DNA of 64,000 nucleotides from Leptogorgia sarmentosa (Eukaryota): NCBI GenBank assembly GCA_964658305.1, contig OZ210884.1, positions 5,890,001 to 5,954,000 of the forward strand, read 5' to 3'. Shown piece by piece: positions 1 to 14,017 of this stretch (position 1 is its first letter; each line of letters starts with the position of its first letter). The notes under the pieces were generated by a model. It saw only the letters and a program-made list of their open reading frames with translations, ran no database searches and was not told where the DNA came from. The position numbers and the translations under genes were made by a program.

Positions 1-268
1 AATCGCAGTAGAAATCGCAGTGAAAGTTGCAAGTGTAAATTAAAGGAGCCTTGGGAAGAATAATGAATTTGAGGCTCTGACCAACCATTGGCGTAGCATC
101 ATCGATAATACGCGGGATATTCATTTGCCTGTGTCTTCACAGATAACAAACAACAAACAACAATGAACTTCAAACGGTACCGAAAACTGGACCGCCCAAC
201 TGGATTTTCCAAATACAAAATTCCTTATCTGCAGATTTTTGAATTATTACAATACATGAATATGTTAC

Positions 269-2151
269 CTTTGATTACGATGTTTATAGCAGCTGTACTT
301 GAGTACAATATGCTTCGGAGGGGTACCTGTATAAAGGAAATGTAATCGATTAGCATGTTGCAAGTTTTGTATCCTGTATATGTTACTACACTGAGAGGAT
401 TCCGGATTCAGCTAGAAACTCAACGACCTAGCCAGACAGTATTTATTTTCAATATTCATGTTTTCTCAGGAGTCTTTTCAGTCGTGCAGCACTTGCTCTA
501 TTCTTTCTTTTTTTCTTTGGAAAGCCTTTGAAGTCTCTACTCTCCATGTTAGTCCACCATGTTTTTGAGATCAGTGATGACGAGCCCACTCTTAGAATCG
601 GTAACTGAAAATGGCGTCCAATTGATGAACTTCAAACTCCCGCTAATGCTTTCCTTTACTTGGGTGTAAATACCCGCGCGGAATTAGTACCCTCATCCTG
701 GGCATACGCCCGGACATTCGGGGATAAATTTGTGTTAAATTTATATAATTTGCAACTGCGCAAATTCGGGCATTCGTCACTGATTCGTGTATTCCCGTGC
801 GGATTTTGTGCAAACATCTCGTTTGCTTAGGTGCGAACCTGGACAAAGACGATCCAACATCGAATTCGCATTTCATTTGCACACACGTATTTGCACCACA
901 GGAAAACATGATATATTTTAAGTTACATAAGCAATGCAAGCATCTCACCGGAATTGGCTCATAGTAGTTGAAATGTTTGTCTGACACCAGATGGCCAGGT
1001 TTGCCGTTTCCTTTTGTGTGATTATTTAGTTGACATCGAGGTCGAGTTTTCGCAAAATTAATGGATCGACATTGCGGCCGTTGATTCAAACACAAGTGAG
1101 AACAATCTAATAAACTGCTGACGTCATGATCAGTTTCGGAAATGATGCAATTCTTGAGACGATGGCCTAAATTTATCCAAGATAAGATAACTTCAACACT
1201 AAGCTGGTATCCATAGGGGACCAAAGAAAATTCGAATTCACTGTTACATAGTTAGTTTAATTAGGCTACTCCTATATACTGCAGGAAAAGAAAAATTTCA
1301 GTGGTTTGTTTCACATTAAATATGTATAAAAAATACTAGGATGAAATAAGAGACGGTCTCACGTAAAATTCTCAGGAATTTTAGTATAGATTATACCTGA
1401 GAACTAATGCACCGAAATTCCAGAATATTTCATGATAGAATTTCACAGTATTTCATCAATATTTCATGAAATTTCTTTAAGCGTAGCTGTTAGACAATAA
1501 TTAGAATTAGTTCTACTATACCTAGCACTGATGACGTACAGTGGTAGTACACTAGCTAAGTGACGTACAATACACTAGCTAAGTACAGTGTATCAGTTGT
1601 TCATTTACTCTGTAAAGACAAAAACATGCAGACAACCACGATAATTTCTTACCTTGATGTTTCATCAACCACTGACGACATTAAAGGCGCTGTCTTTCAG
1701 CGAGCTTATAAATTAATTATTTACGACGCGCAAATAAAGAAAAGCTGACGCCAATTGCAGAGCCAGAAAAACGAGACAGTAAACAATTTAACAGTAACAG
1801 AAAATAGACAGTAAATAATCGACGACGTTTTTTGTCACACCTGCGTCTAATCTGCGTCGTAGAGTATCCTATAGTGGCTAATATCTCTTAGTATATAAGC
1901 GTTCGTTATTTGGCATCATTTTACTAAGTTGCACTGTTTTCTTTCATAATTAGGAATAAGCAACACACGAAGCTTCACATTTTATATCGCGGTTAAAATT
2001 AGCTTTTATGCATGATGAGTAAATTTTTGTTACCTTTGGCAACCAAAGTAAAGATCTCCTTTTTCCTGCAGGTGTATTCAGCTTGAACAACTGTAGCCCA
2101 TAACAAGAAAAAACAATGAAATAGATAAAAAGATATCTTGTTGAAGAACAT
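269..2151 (-). CDS. Secreted PAN/Apple-domain protein, paralog B (5' part only; exons 2151-2034, 1166-949, 326-269; last exon lies left of the window)
   Basis: Exon 1 MFFNKISFYLFHCFFLLWATVVQA looks like a signal peptide. Exon 2 has the PAN pattern C-x3-C...C-x-S-I-N-F...C-Q-L-N...Y-Y-E. GT-AG junctions have matching phases (1,0,1) and each exon is homologous to the gene at 4629-8839. Confidence 0.8.
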
Positions 2152-4095
2152 CACAGTAATGCTAGCTATATTTATATAATCCGAGTAACTTTTCGTTCTC
2201 ACTAGTTCGTGTAACGTAATGCCTCACAATTATAAGTATCCGCTAATGCTTGCAGCTTGTCTGAATTATCGAGACAACTGAAATATTAATAATTCATGCT
2301 GTATGCAGCTGAATCTTATTCCAATAACTACGTATGTATGTTCAATTGGCAAATATTGCAAAGTATACATATAAATTTACTGATATATTACCATGATAAT
2401 ATATCATATCATTGTAGTCAATTTTCTGGACGCTGATTGGCTAAATTAATTACACAGGTGTGTAATTAATTTTTCAAATATCACGGTTTCGAGCCCGCGA
2501 TACATTATAAAAACAAATAAATAAACGCTTATCAACGCTAAAATTCTTGTTTTTTTTGTCATTTATTGTCAACTTTGGACAAAAAAGTTTAGTGAACGTG
2601 TACTACAATGATATTAATACGAAATTACACTTGTTCTCGAAGTATTAATAAACAATTGCACTTGTATTTTATCCAAACACGCGTACAATTTTTCCGTATG
2701 AACTTGATAAACTTTATACTTGAACCGTATAATTTCCTATACCAATTTATAATATAATAATAAACTTGATTTATTCCAAGTAGCTACATATGAAGGAAAG
2801 GCTGAGCGTCGAGGAAAGGCCCCACACATTGCCATGCAAGAGAGATTGTAGTATGATCACTTAAATTTATGGAAATTCGACTTCTATTTTATTAAAACAA
2901 GCCAAACAAAAAAAATTTAATTGTTTTGGTTTCCTCGATTTACCTGCAGCTACATATCCTATAGTGTTTTAGCAAACAATTCACCAAAGAGTTTCTTGTC
3001 CTAAACTGGTCATAATCAGTCGCTAAAAATTTTATTTTAATTTTTGCATCCTTTCTTGATAAAAAGGTGTTTCACAATGAACTTTAAGAGCATCAGAAGT
3101 AGGTAGTAAAGAAAATGAAGCGAAATCGAGTTACATATCTCAAAATATCATGATAATTTATTAAAATGAAAAAGAGGGAATAACATTTATGGATACAATT
3201 AAGCTTAATTAAGGAGCTTATTTATTGATATAAAAAATTTAGCGTTTGAATATTATTGTAAATTTATTTTGACATGTGTAATTACAAATCCGAGCCTATC
3301 AATTTCCATGGGCGTCTCAACCAATCACAGTTAAGGTATCAATTACTTGTCAAACTCATATGCATGCTGAAAATATATGTACCAAGTTTTCTTAAGTTTT
3401 TTTATTACATAAAATAATATAATTCAAAATTTGGTGAATTAATGAAACCAATTCTATTTTTTATTTAAAACGTTTACATAACGAGCGTTGATTATTCGAA
3501 AAGCGCAGATCTTCATAACAGCATGGAAATAATGAATAATTTTTAAATTTAATTTTGACCTCAAACCCCTTAATATCAGGGCGTTGCCTAGTCGAAAGGC
3601 AATAACTGAATGGAAATAATATATCGAAATCAATTTTCAGGTAATTGATAAAAATGGTTTTTAAAAAGCCCACATACGCACCAGATTTTTTTTCTGTTTC
3701 AAATTCAACATGAATTATTTATGATTCTACAAGCGTATACACACGTACATATTATACATTTCCTAACTTATACATCTTATCTATATATCCCCTATTTTAA
3801 TTATATGCTATTACATCCATTCGATCATTGTTAGGCAATAATTATTCACTCGCAAATAAGAGCCATTGCAGGGAAACAAACTCAAGTAGCCAACAATTTC
3901 ACGCGACGCCCCTCTGTTTTGACTGGGACGGGCGCTAATGGCATGGCAAATTCATGATCAAATCTTCCGCCCGGCGTACGGATCACAGCAACACATGAGA
4001 ATTTCCTTATAGCTTTCAAAACATCGTTACTTCTAGAAAATACAAGAATGTTTGCCACAGTATTTAATTAGAATTGAAATTTAGAAATAGCAATT

Positions 4096-4360
4096 TTGTG
4101 TCATCCCAGTGCAATTTTTTGTAATCACAGTGGAATTTCTATTATCACAGTGCAATTTTATGTAATCACAGTGCAATTGTTTGTAATCACAGTGCAATTT
4201 TTAGTTATTACAGTACAGTGCAATTTTCTGTTGTCACAGTGCAATTTTTTGTTATTACAGTACAGTGTAATTTTCTGTTGTCACAGTTCAATTTCCGTTA
4301 TCACAGTGCAATGTTCTGTAATCACAGTGCAATTTTATGTAATCACAGTGCAATTTTCTC
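4096..4360 (+). repeat. Degenerate ~21-bp minisatellite (TAATCACAGTGCAATTTTNTG)n
   Basis: Visible tandem units; it generates the spurious ITVQF ORFs. The reverse complement of the same unit occurs at 43160-43277. Confidence 0.9.
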
Positions 4361-4628
4361 CAAACCATACTATTGCCCTCGAAACCATACTATTGCTTAT
4401 ACTCACAGGTGTTAAATTTCTCTAATTTACTGCTTGTACTCCTACTCGTAAGTTCAAGGTGCTCTGTACGTCTAAGATCAATACCGATAGATATCTCTCT
4501 GGTATACTTACAAGTTTACAAGTTATTAAATATTACAGTATAAGTGCGCAATGGCTTCTGTACTATTTATTTACGGATACACATAGTTATGTTTTGTTTG
4601 TATCTATTATGTTAGTGCTATACTTTAA

Positions 4629-7600
4629 TCAACGCTTTTTTATGTTCCAAACACCACGGTTATCATAGTTGTCATCTGACATAACACAACGAGGAGAACT
4701 AAGATAACCTTCCCCATACCCGGCCACGGGAGGTTCACCTTGGGAAAAAACATAACGAAAATTCGCCACGCTTTCAATGAAGTATTTCCCATCACCATGC
4801 TTTATAATCCTCCAAAGAGCGCGATCATCGTAACTGGCGTCAGATCCAACACAAAGCGGAGCTTCCGTTACCCCTCCCTCGCACCCTCGACAAGATATCT
4901 CGTTCCCCTCCGAATAAAGAAATTTTTCAGTGATCACATTCTGAAATAAATATCTTCCTTGTCCATCATTTTTTATTTTCCAGATGCCTTTGTTATAGTA
5001 GTTAGTATCGGAACCGACAATTTTGTTACCGTCTGAAAAAAGTAGCCGTTTAGTCCTCACACTTTCCACCCTGTATGAACCTTCAAAAAATTAATTAGAG
5101 CGTTGAGTATTTCAGAATTCAGCATGACTTCAGAATAACGAGTTGCGCGAACTTGGCCGTGTGTAAGCCTATGAAATAAAGTCTCGATACATGCACACAT
5201 GCATATACGGATAATTTATATGCTTAATAAAGGTGAGGCTTTTCGGGCCGGGCCCACCAAAAAAATCCTGGATTTCAAAAAAAAACTATTAAAGCCGTTC
5301 CTTTGCCAACAGTATTTCATTTGTATACCCAAAGAAGCTAACTAAAAAGGTCGAGTTTGGACTCGGAAATGGTCATTTCCGACGATGTAAAGTCCCTAAA
5401 TGTTCAAAATTTTCTCGCTCGCTGAAAAACGTTCCTACGTAATTGATATCAAGGAGAAATATTCATGTATTCGTATTCACAAGATAGAGTGTTAATTATA
5501 GCCGGGCCTGAATATTCATATATTCGTAATTTTTTTTTAATCTGATGTTTTTTGTTCATTTGGGAAGAAATGGTTCGGACAGAACATGATGTTGACTGCG
5601 CAATTTCTGCCGATTAACTCTATCCAAAATTCCACCTTGTTGTTTTTATATATCGACAGAAATATTACCTTCAAATGCGATGTTTATAGCAGCTTGACAT
5701 GTATACAATAGGCTCCGACGACGCGGTCCCTGAAACAAATAATCGCGGGGCATCATTTAATATTCTGTCACAAGAAATAAAAACGATGTAATTATTTGTT
5801 CAACCTTATGTATACTACAAACAGGCCGTTACTATACAATCGATATCGTTACTCTAGTTCCGTTTTTCGTGTGATTATATAGATTTCATTCGATTCATGA
5901 TTTTTACCTCGGGTCGTTACGACACCGAGGTCATAAATTCTGCTCGTGTTTTTTTTTTTATTTTGTGTCGAGCCGCGCACGTAGTCGAAGGGCCTGTGAA
6001 AGAGTCGATAACTTCCGGCTGCAAATCAATACAACTTCCGGCCAAACCGCCAAAGAGAGCCAAACGGAGCGAAACAGAACCCGATTTTTAACATGCATGT
6101 TTACCTGGATAAATATTGTCGGGTATATGTTGAAATCATGTAAAATATCTCGTATATACATATACACGGCGTATATATGTATATACGGAGGTCAACTTCA
6201 TCATCAATTTGTTCAATTTCCACTTCAGTCGTATCGTAGTGTAAATGCTATTGTATGCATCCGTTGGCATCAGAAGTTCATAACGCCATGAAATTTGCCA
6301 CAATGTTCTCAAAGTGCATTCCCGGTCGATTGACGGAATTAGATATTTTGATTTTGAGAACATTTGCAAGCAATTTTGCATTTCGACAAGGTTCGACAAG
6401 GACCCAAGAGCAAGTGGTTTGAAATGAAACTTCAAACTGCTTGCGGGCGAGTCAGAGCGGTTTGCTTCTCGTTTTATATATATGTAAACATTTTAAATCT
6501 TAATTAGCTGATATCCATGGATGAAATACCGAATACAGTAGACCGACCCGAGGTTAACGCCTCGCGGGCGTCTTGTTTGAAATATTTTATGGTTGATCGC
6601 ATATTCACGGTTTTGTGTTTCCTCCTGGCTTCATGCACCCCCTCATACCCTCATTAAGCACTTCCTCGCAGAAATAAAATTGCAAAATTAAACATCGCCT
6701 GGCTGACGAGTCGAATAAATTAATAAAAAATTGCATCTTACCGGATTTAGTTCATAGTAGTTAAAATCTTGGGCTGGCACCAGATCACAGGGCTTTCCGT
6801 TTCCTTTTGTCTGGTTATTTAGTTGACATCGAGATCGAATTTTCGCAAAATTAATGGATCGACATTGCGGCCGTTGATTCAAACACAAGTGAGAACAATC
6901 TAATAAACTGCTGACGTCATGATCAGTTTCGGAAATGATGCAATTCTTGAGACGATGGCCTAAATTTATCCAAAGAAATGTATCATCATTTCTAGGAAAC
7001 ACTGGCAAAAAAATTCACTTTAAAGATTTATAAGTATGATCAAAGTGAATTACGTTGCTTATCATATAGAGGGCAAAATTACAACAACCTGATTGGCTAA
7101 TGAGGAGGGCATTTTTTCTTAATTCAGGGGGCAAAATTACTTGGCCCTCCCTGATTTGCTAAATATTAATTTTCAGAATGTTTTTGTCTTCATTTCATGT
7201 CGGACTAATGGCTTCCTCGCAGTATTTGTCGCGTGTGAAATCAGCAAATTGAGTTAGTTACAAGCAATTTGGAAAATTATATTTAAGCAATTTGTTTCAA
7301 AACATGCCGTTTATATAATTTGCATTGTATATCGTTTATTTCATTTCCCAACGTTTTTAAGCGACATTATAATAACTATGTAGTGCCGCTCGAAGTGCCG
7401 AATCTAAAACCTGAAGTTGACATTCAATTTCTAGCGATTTATGTTTGAATAAATCTTATCTTCAACATATGATTAACATGTAATCGCATTAGGTCCTCGT
7501 AAGATTAAGGATTAATTTCACTTGTGTTTCAAAGTTTCAATTTGAAAACACACGTGAAATTAATCCTTAATTTTACTCGGCCCCATGCGATTACCTACCG

Positions 7601-8839
7601 GGTGTCCCAAAAAAAAGTACTCCGGTTTGATTCATAACAACTTTTGAACGAGTGAAGCTATGAAACAAAAACAACTCACAGAAGATAGAGGGAAGACTAA
7701 CTTAGATTTTGATATATTGCACTTGTATTTTAGTTAAAAATTCACGAAGATATTCGTGTTCAAAATCGGTAGCGTATACTTTCGGATGTGTCGAAAATAT
7801 ACCAAAAACGCGGTATCAAAATTGATCAACCTTTACTCAACTTGAACACACATTGGGGTGACTTATATTTCTATAAATTATTACTCAGGATTGTAAGTGA
7901 TATAGGCATAGTTTAGAGATGCAAATTAACATTACAGCATTTGTTAAACATTTTTTCCCAAAATGTTGGATGTCTCATGCAGGGGAGTTATAATTATGTC
8001 TTATGCATGTTTGTTTGTGTTTCATTCCGAGTTTATTTTAAACATACCAAGATTAAATAAAGATCAAAGAGTTTGGGTATGCTTGAAGCATGGAAGATGT
8101 GGAAATGCAGCAGAAGTTCGAAGACGATGGCCGGGTCGTTGGGTAATATTCCTGCCCCAACTAAACGAACTATTTGAATAACGCTTAGTTAATTTGATAC
8201 GCCATTTTTTGCATAATTATTTTACAAACATCCAGAAATATGCTCTTCATTGAACATTAATATCTCCGTCAATGTCAAAGTAAAATACAAGTGTAATATA
8301 TCAAAATCTAATTAAGTTAGTCTCCCCTCTATCTACTGTGAGTTGTTGTTGTTTAATAGCTCCACTCGTTCAAAAGTTATTACGAATCAAACCGGAGTAC
8401 TTTTTTTTGGGACACCCGGTATATACAAACTATAGCCACCCTCTCTTAAGTACGTATGTGGACGGTTGCCCGCCCAAGGGAATACTCTACCAAATGACCG
8501 CGGATACAGTGCAATTAACTGCAACCGAAATTTTTGTTTATACACGATATTTCATGAAACTGGCTCATGCAAGCGAAGCCAAATTCGAAGTGTCAAAAAA
8601 TTGTGATTGGTCTTTTTTGTTGTACGGTATTCATCCACACTAGCTTACCGAGAGGCTACAAATAATTCTCACATTTAATTGTGAGTAATTTTTTCATTGA
8701 GTAACTGATTATCTTTCCTACCTTTTGCAACCAAATTAAAGATCTCACAGGAAGGTTCAGCTAATATACTAGCAGCAGCAACAATCCATGACAGAAAAAC
8801 GCAAGAAAGTGAATAAAAGGATGTTTTGTTGAAGAACAT
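4629..8839 (-). CDS. Secreted PAN/Apple + triple-repeat beta-trefoil(ricin-B)-like protein, paralog A (~282 aa; exons 8839-8722, 6959-6742, 5729-5669, 5080-4629)
   Basis: Spliced ORF is open (849 nt): signal peptide MFFNKTSFYSLSCVFLSWIVAAASILA, a PAN exon, a linker exon, and a final exon with three repeats ending SD(T/A/D)xY(Y/D)x(K/R)xxWxI. All junctions are GT-AG and in phase. Confidence 0.85.
7064..7597. repeat. Dispersed repeat (non-autonomous DNA element-like, with an internal palindrome); inverted second copy at ~41775-42243
   Basis: CATATAGAGGGCAAAA...GATTGGCTAATGAGGAGGGCATTTT...GTGCCGCTCGAAGTGCCGAATCTAAAACCTGAAGTTGACATT matches the reverse complement of ~41830-42243. Confidence 0.75.
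7598..8419 (+). mobile_element. Internally deleted Tc1/mariner element (822 bp) with TA target-site duplication
   Basis: TA|CCGGGTGTCCCAAAAAAAAGTACTCCGGTTTGATTC ... GAATCAAACCGGAGTACTTTTTTTTGGGACACCCGG|TA, with imperfect TIRs over 100 bp. An internal remnant PRLNKDQRVWVCLKHGRCGNAAEVRRRWPGRW resembles a mariner N-terminal HTH. Confidence 0.85.
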
Positions 8840-11084
8840 TACAGCGCTATATTTGTTCGAGAAACGTTAACTGCTAGTTCCGACGCCAGTCCCGCATGAT
8901 GCTTAACAGGTATAATAACTCTGCATGCGTTTAAATGCTGGTGAGAATTAAAATATAGACATATGTATATAATATATAATTCATGCAGCATGTACTGCAT
9001 GTACGTTGGCGATTGGCGAAGCTTCTTCCAGTTCCGTTTGTCGCCGATAAATATTTTTCCACAATATTTTTCTATAAAATAAAGATCACCGTACGTGGTC
9101 AAAATTTGTCTTAATAAACCGTCTAATGGATGGTATAAACAGCAACCAACCTGACTCATTCTGTATGCATGCATTATCACTAAATACACGCATCTTCACT
9201 TACGTCTTTTTTTAAGTCATAAAGCAAAGAAAATTCAAAATTCAAAATCGAAATTTATTTTATTTAGTCGGTAATTCTTTCAGTATACCGACATATGCTA
9301 CAGTGTTTTTGTGAAAAAATTATACTCAATACTCGCCGAAATTTGTCAGCCACCTGCAAAAGACTCTCCGGGATGAAACAAAGGACTTCTTTTTTTGTTT
9401 TGTTTTTCTTTTTTTATAGTTTGTATAGTACATAGCAAATAAAAAATCATTTTCTTATTTCAAGAAAATTTTCTTAAAACAAGTTTTTTTTTTCTTAAAA
9501 TAAGAAAATTATTTTTTGCTGTGTATAGTAATTACAAACTTGAACATGTGATCAAATATGAAGCGGAAATGAGTCAACGAAGGCCTTTAATTGCTCCAAA
9601 TGTCGAATTTTATTGAATCGTTCATTGGTAGAAAATATAGAACTTATAATTACTCCTTGTTCATGCACATGTCTCTGAATGGACTAAGACCATCGACAGT
9701 TGTAGTTATAGTCGTAAAAAAAATAAACTCAGAAATCTTCAAGTTACCAACAAAATATCATTGTTTTATTACGATATTAGTACTATTAGCTACATGGAGG
9801 GGTTAACATTAGAAGAAGCCATGAATGATGATATAAACATATTGAATAGTTTTCGAAAAGAAATGATCTAATCAAGCGATTGAATAGAAATTAGAACAAT
9901 TAGAACAAATTTTAAGTCAGTGCAATACATGCAAAAATTCCATGCGACTACGTTTTTACTATGAACGACACGCTGTTATCATGAATTATTGAACGAATGG
10001 AACTAAAATATTTTCAGTCCAGTTAAAATTATTAGATTATACATTCATATACCCAAAATTAACGAGAAGGATTTGCAAAATATTATCACTGTTGTAACCA
10101 TGCACATGTTGTAAGATTACATTGTTAGAACAACGGGACATGCTAAAATAACTTATAATTATTTATAATATAAGTAGGGTAAAATCTGCAACGTGATTGG
10201 CTAATGAGCGTGCATTATAACAGCGTAATGCACGCATCTAGCTATTAAATTTCTCCCGCGACTCTTTGGTTTGACAAAAAGACAATAAAAATACATATAT
10301 ACTAAAAATACATCATAAAAAACGCTTGAATTGTTTGCTTTCGCTCAGCTAAAGGAATAAAGCTGTGTTGCTGCCTGGCAACTTTTGAGAACAAGCTTGA
10401 TTACATATAAAGAGAATTGTAATTTTGATCTTCCTAACGAAGTTTTTTGTTGCGCTAATATTCTCTTATATTATAAAAGAAATAGAAAAACTCGTCGCGT
10501 GCGCGACTCGTTATCTATTTCTTAATGAATTATTAAAGGGCATTATTACTATAGTATTAAACTAAAAAAGTAAATATTCAAAATGTTAGGTAAAACTTGC
10601 ATCAGTGCATGGCGAAATCAGCCCGATGATTTGGTCGTGTTATGCAAATATTTTCGCATACTCCACTGATTCTTGCATATTATATATAGTTCGCAGCATG
10701 CAATCGTTTTGAATCATTTTCGGGTTTGTAACAATCACAAGAAAAATACAAATTGATAAATTATCACTTTTGTCTTGGTGTGATTCTTTCGTCATTTTAA
10801 CATTTTTTTCTTGGCGCACGTCTTCCACGCATGAAGCGTAAGGTGTGAATTCAAAACATGAAAAGTGAGACAAGAAAAAAACAGTGGAAAACGGATCGGA
10901 AATGTTCAAATGCGTTGTCCATTAGCTGCGTAAATTTTGATGTTTTTCCGAAGTTTTTCTGCCCTTGAATTGAAAACTCTATTGATTTAACGACCTCAAT
11001 ATACTCAAGGGGAAAAATGCTGGTAAGAAAGTACTAAACAATTATACGTAAAATGGTGCAGTTTTACCTGACCCAGCAAACACA

Positions 11085-11725
11085 CGACGTCGTTTCGACG
11101 TCGAATTTAGGTTGATATTTGGTCGGGACGTCGATCGACTATATATCGACGTTGAATCGACGTCGATAACCTGACCTCATATCGACGTCGACAAACTGAC
11201 CTCGTTTCGACGTTGAATCGACGTCGTTAACCTGACCTCATATCGACGTCGACAAACTGACCTCGTTTCGACGTTGAATCGACGTCGTTAACCTGACCTC
11301 ATATCGACGTCGACAAATTGACCTCGTTTCGACGTTCAATCGACGTCGTTATCCTGACTTAATATCGACGTCGAAAAATTGACCTCGTTTCGACGTTCAA
11401 TCGACGTCGTTATTCTGACTTAATATCGACGTCGAAAAATTGACCTCGTTTCGACGTTCAATCGACGTCGTTATCCTGACTTAATATCGACGTCGACAAA
11501 TTGACCTCGTTTCGACGTCCAATCGAAGTCGTTATCCTGACTTAATATCGACGTCGAAAAATTGTCCTCGTTTCGACGTTCAATTGACGTCGTTATCCTG
11601 ACTTAATATCGACGTCGACAAATTGACCTCGTTTCGACGTTCAATCGACGTCGTTATCCTGACTTAATATCGACGTCGAAAAATTGACCTCGTTTCGACG
11701 TTCAATCGACGTCGTTAACCTGACC
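11085..11725. repeat. Left subterminal array: ~10 copies of a 59-bp unit rich in TCGACGTCGA palindromes
   Basis: Near-identical tandem units ATCGACGTCGA(C/A)AAATTGACCTCGTTTCGACGTTCAATCGACGTCGTTATCCTGACTTAAT, with no unique spacers. Confidence 0.95.
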
Positions 11726-13699
11726 TGAACATTAAAACAACTAATTAAAAATATATATATTTACGTTTTGGGCCCTATAGCTGACGTTGAATATGGATCA
11801 GCATATTTTAATTTATACCCCAACATACAATTGCATATCAACACTTTAGAAACTGATCTTTTGGGCAAAGTTCGTACCGACGACTACGTTTGCTATTTCA
11901 ACCTTTTTCAACATGTGATTGATCGTATTTATTAAGACATTGATAGTTTTTAAATAATTTTGAATTTTTAGGTAGGGTATTTGTATAGGAAATTACTCGG
12001 TTCGAGAAGTATTAATGAAAAATTGCACGCGTGTTTGGACTTTGGCGAAATAGTAATACGAATAAGGTGTCGCGCATTCGGCCCAAACTCGGTTCGGGCC
12101 GTTCGGCTCGGCATACAATCGGCGATGACACGAGACTGAGAATCATGGGAAGTGTTGTCATAGACGCTCACAAACCGCGTGTATTCAAAATTTCACACAA
12201 AGGATTTCATTGCTTGTCGTTGTTCTTGTCTTTTGGGGATAATTTCCCGTTCATTTAGTTGATTTAATTCAAGACTACAGAAAAGGTTAGTATAATATGC
12301 AACTTGTTTATTTTTATTTTGTGATATATCGCTTTATATTTCGTTCAATCAGTGTGCACTGCGATGCGCTTCGAAGTTCGAAGTGCTCGTGCTTCAAAAG
12401 TGCTGGTTCAATAAACTGAACTGGAACACTAGTGATCAGCACTATAATTCACAAAATTAATCGCTTCTACATAAAGGTTAATTCTGTATCATATATTCTT
12501 ACTATGCAAGAGAAAAGTCGATTCATAGCTCTTGCCTCGACAATGATGTGTAACGTTTGTGTATTTGATTAGTAGAGTTACATTTTACAATCCAAATCAA
12601 TCTAGTAGTTTAGTTAGACTTTGTCAGCCTGGTTTCATCAGTGATATATTAAAAACCGAGTATTTCTGCGTAGGAAATTTTTTGTAATTGATTTAGGCTG
12701 GTTTTTCAATTTTTTAAAATAGAATTTCAGACAACCAATTATACAGACTGAGCATACAAAGAGGCAGTGGAAGCGAATTTTTTAAGGGGGGGGGGGGGGG
12801 GGGGGGCTTTCAGCAAATAATCACTAGTTAGTAGGGTCATGCATAACTCATCAGGTTTGTTAAGCAAATAATCACTAGTTATAGTAGGGACATAACTCAT
12901 CAGGTTTGGCAAAAGCAATTAAGCAAACTGATTTTTTTGATATCCTTTCAAAATTTGTTGACTTAAACTGGCTACAGTAGATCGAGACTATAAACCTGAA
13001 CTACAATGCCATTGCTATGCTAATTCCATACTGGCTGGCACACATATTGTGTTGAAGATGAAAATTGAGAATTACTTGCTTTCAATAAATTGATTAACAA
13101 AGCCATCAAAAAGATAACTGTTTAGTTATGTAGAGGGATATACTGTAGCTACATTAGAGAGACAGGCTTAATTAATTGATATTTTTCACTTATTAGAGCA
13201 CCGAAAGTGATGTTTATAAAGCAATGGGACAGATTTTAAAGTATGCTCCGGACAGGGAAGGGGGAAGTAGAAAGTCTATCTATAATCGATCATTATGGGA
13301 CATTTTTCATAATAAACATATAGTCCATACACAAGATTGATAACTGTAACTGCAGAAGAATACAAAATTTGCCAGGATTCGATCTACATTTCACAAACAA
13401 TATTGGTAATTTTACCAAACTTGTAAGATGTTCTTTATAATAATTTCGTGGTAACAAATTAATTAACGTATAGCTAGTTGATAATAAATTAGTGCAGATA
13501 GTATAATATATATAGGTCCAAATTGGAATCGCTTAATTACAGTTCGGTGTTTGTAAATAATCAAGTGTATTAAAGTATATAATATGTAATATGTAAGATA
13601 CTGACTGAGTTCGAAAATAAATATATCATCAAAACAAATTGCAACAGAAAATTTATTAATTTTGATCAATTTGCAACTTCGTCGCATTTTCCAACGTAC

Positions 13700-14017
13700 T
13701 ATCGACGTCGAAAAGTCAACGTTGAATCGACGTCGAAACGTCAACGTTGAATCGACGTCGAAAGTCTAACGTCGATTCGATTTGCGTTTTCGACCTGTTT
13801 TTCGACGTCGTATCGACGTCGAAAAGTCAACGTTGAATCGACGTCGAAAGTTCAACGTTGAATCGACGTCGAAACGTCAACGTTGAATCGACGTCGAAAC
13901 GTCAACGTTGAATCGACGTCGAAAGTCTAACGTCGATTCGATTTGCGTTTTCGACCTGTTTTTCGACGTCGTTTCGACGTCAGGTAGTAACGTCGATTCG
14001 ACGTTGAATCGACGTCG
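13700..14017. repeat. Right subterminal array of TCAACGTTGAATCGACGTCGAAA units
   Basis: Same CpG palindromic core as the left array, lying next to the right TIR. Confidence 0.9.

Noticed and set aside
4096..4425. ORFs with ITVQF / LHCDNTK repeats (also 43072-43395)
   Set aside because: Translations of a 21-bp minisatellite.
11085..11725. CRISPR-like array of palindromic repeats
   Set aside because: Units are tandem and near-identical with no unique spacers and no cas genes. The context is eukaryotic, and the array is explained as transposon subterminal repeats.
12786..12806. Poly-G run as a functional G-quadruplex
   Set aside because: A simple homopolymer inside a transposon; similar G/C runs occur in several MITEs here.
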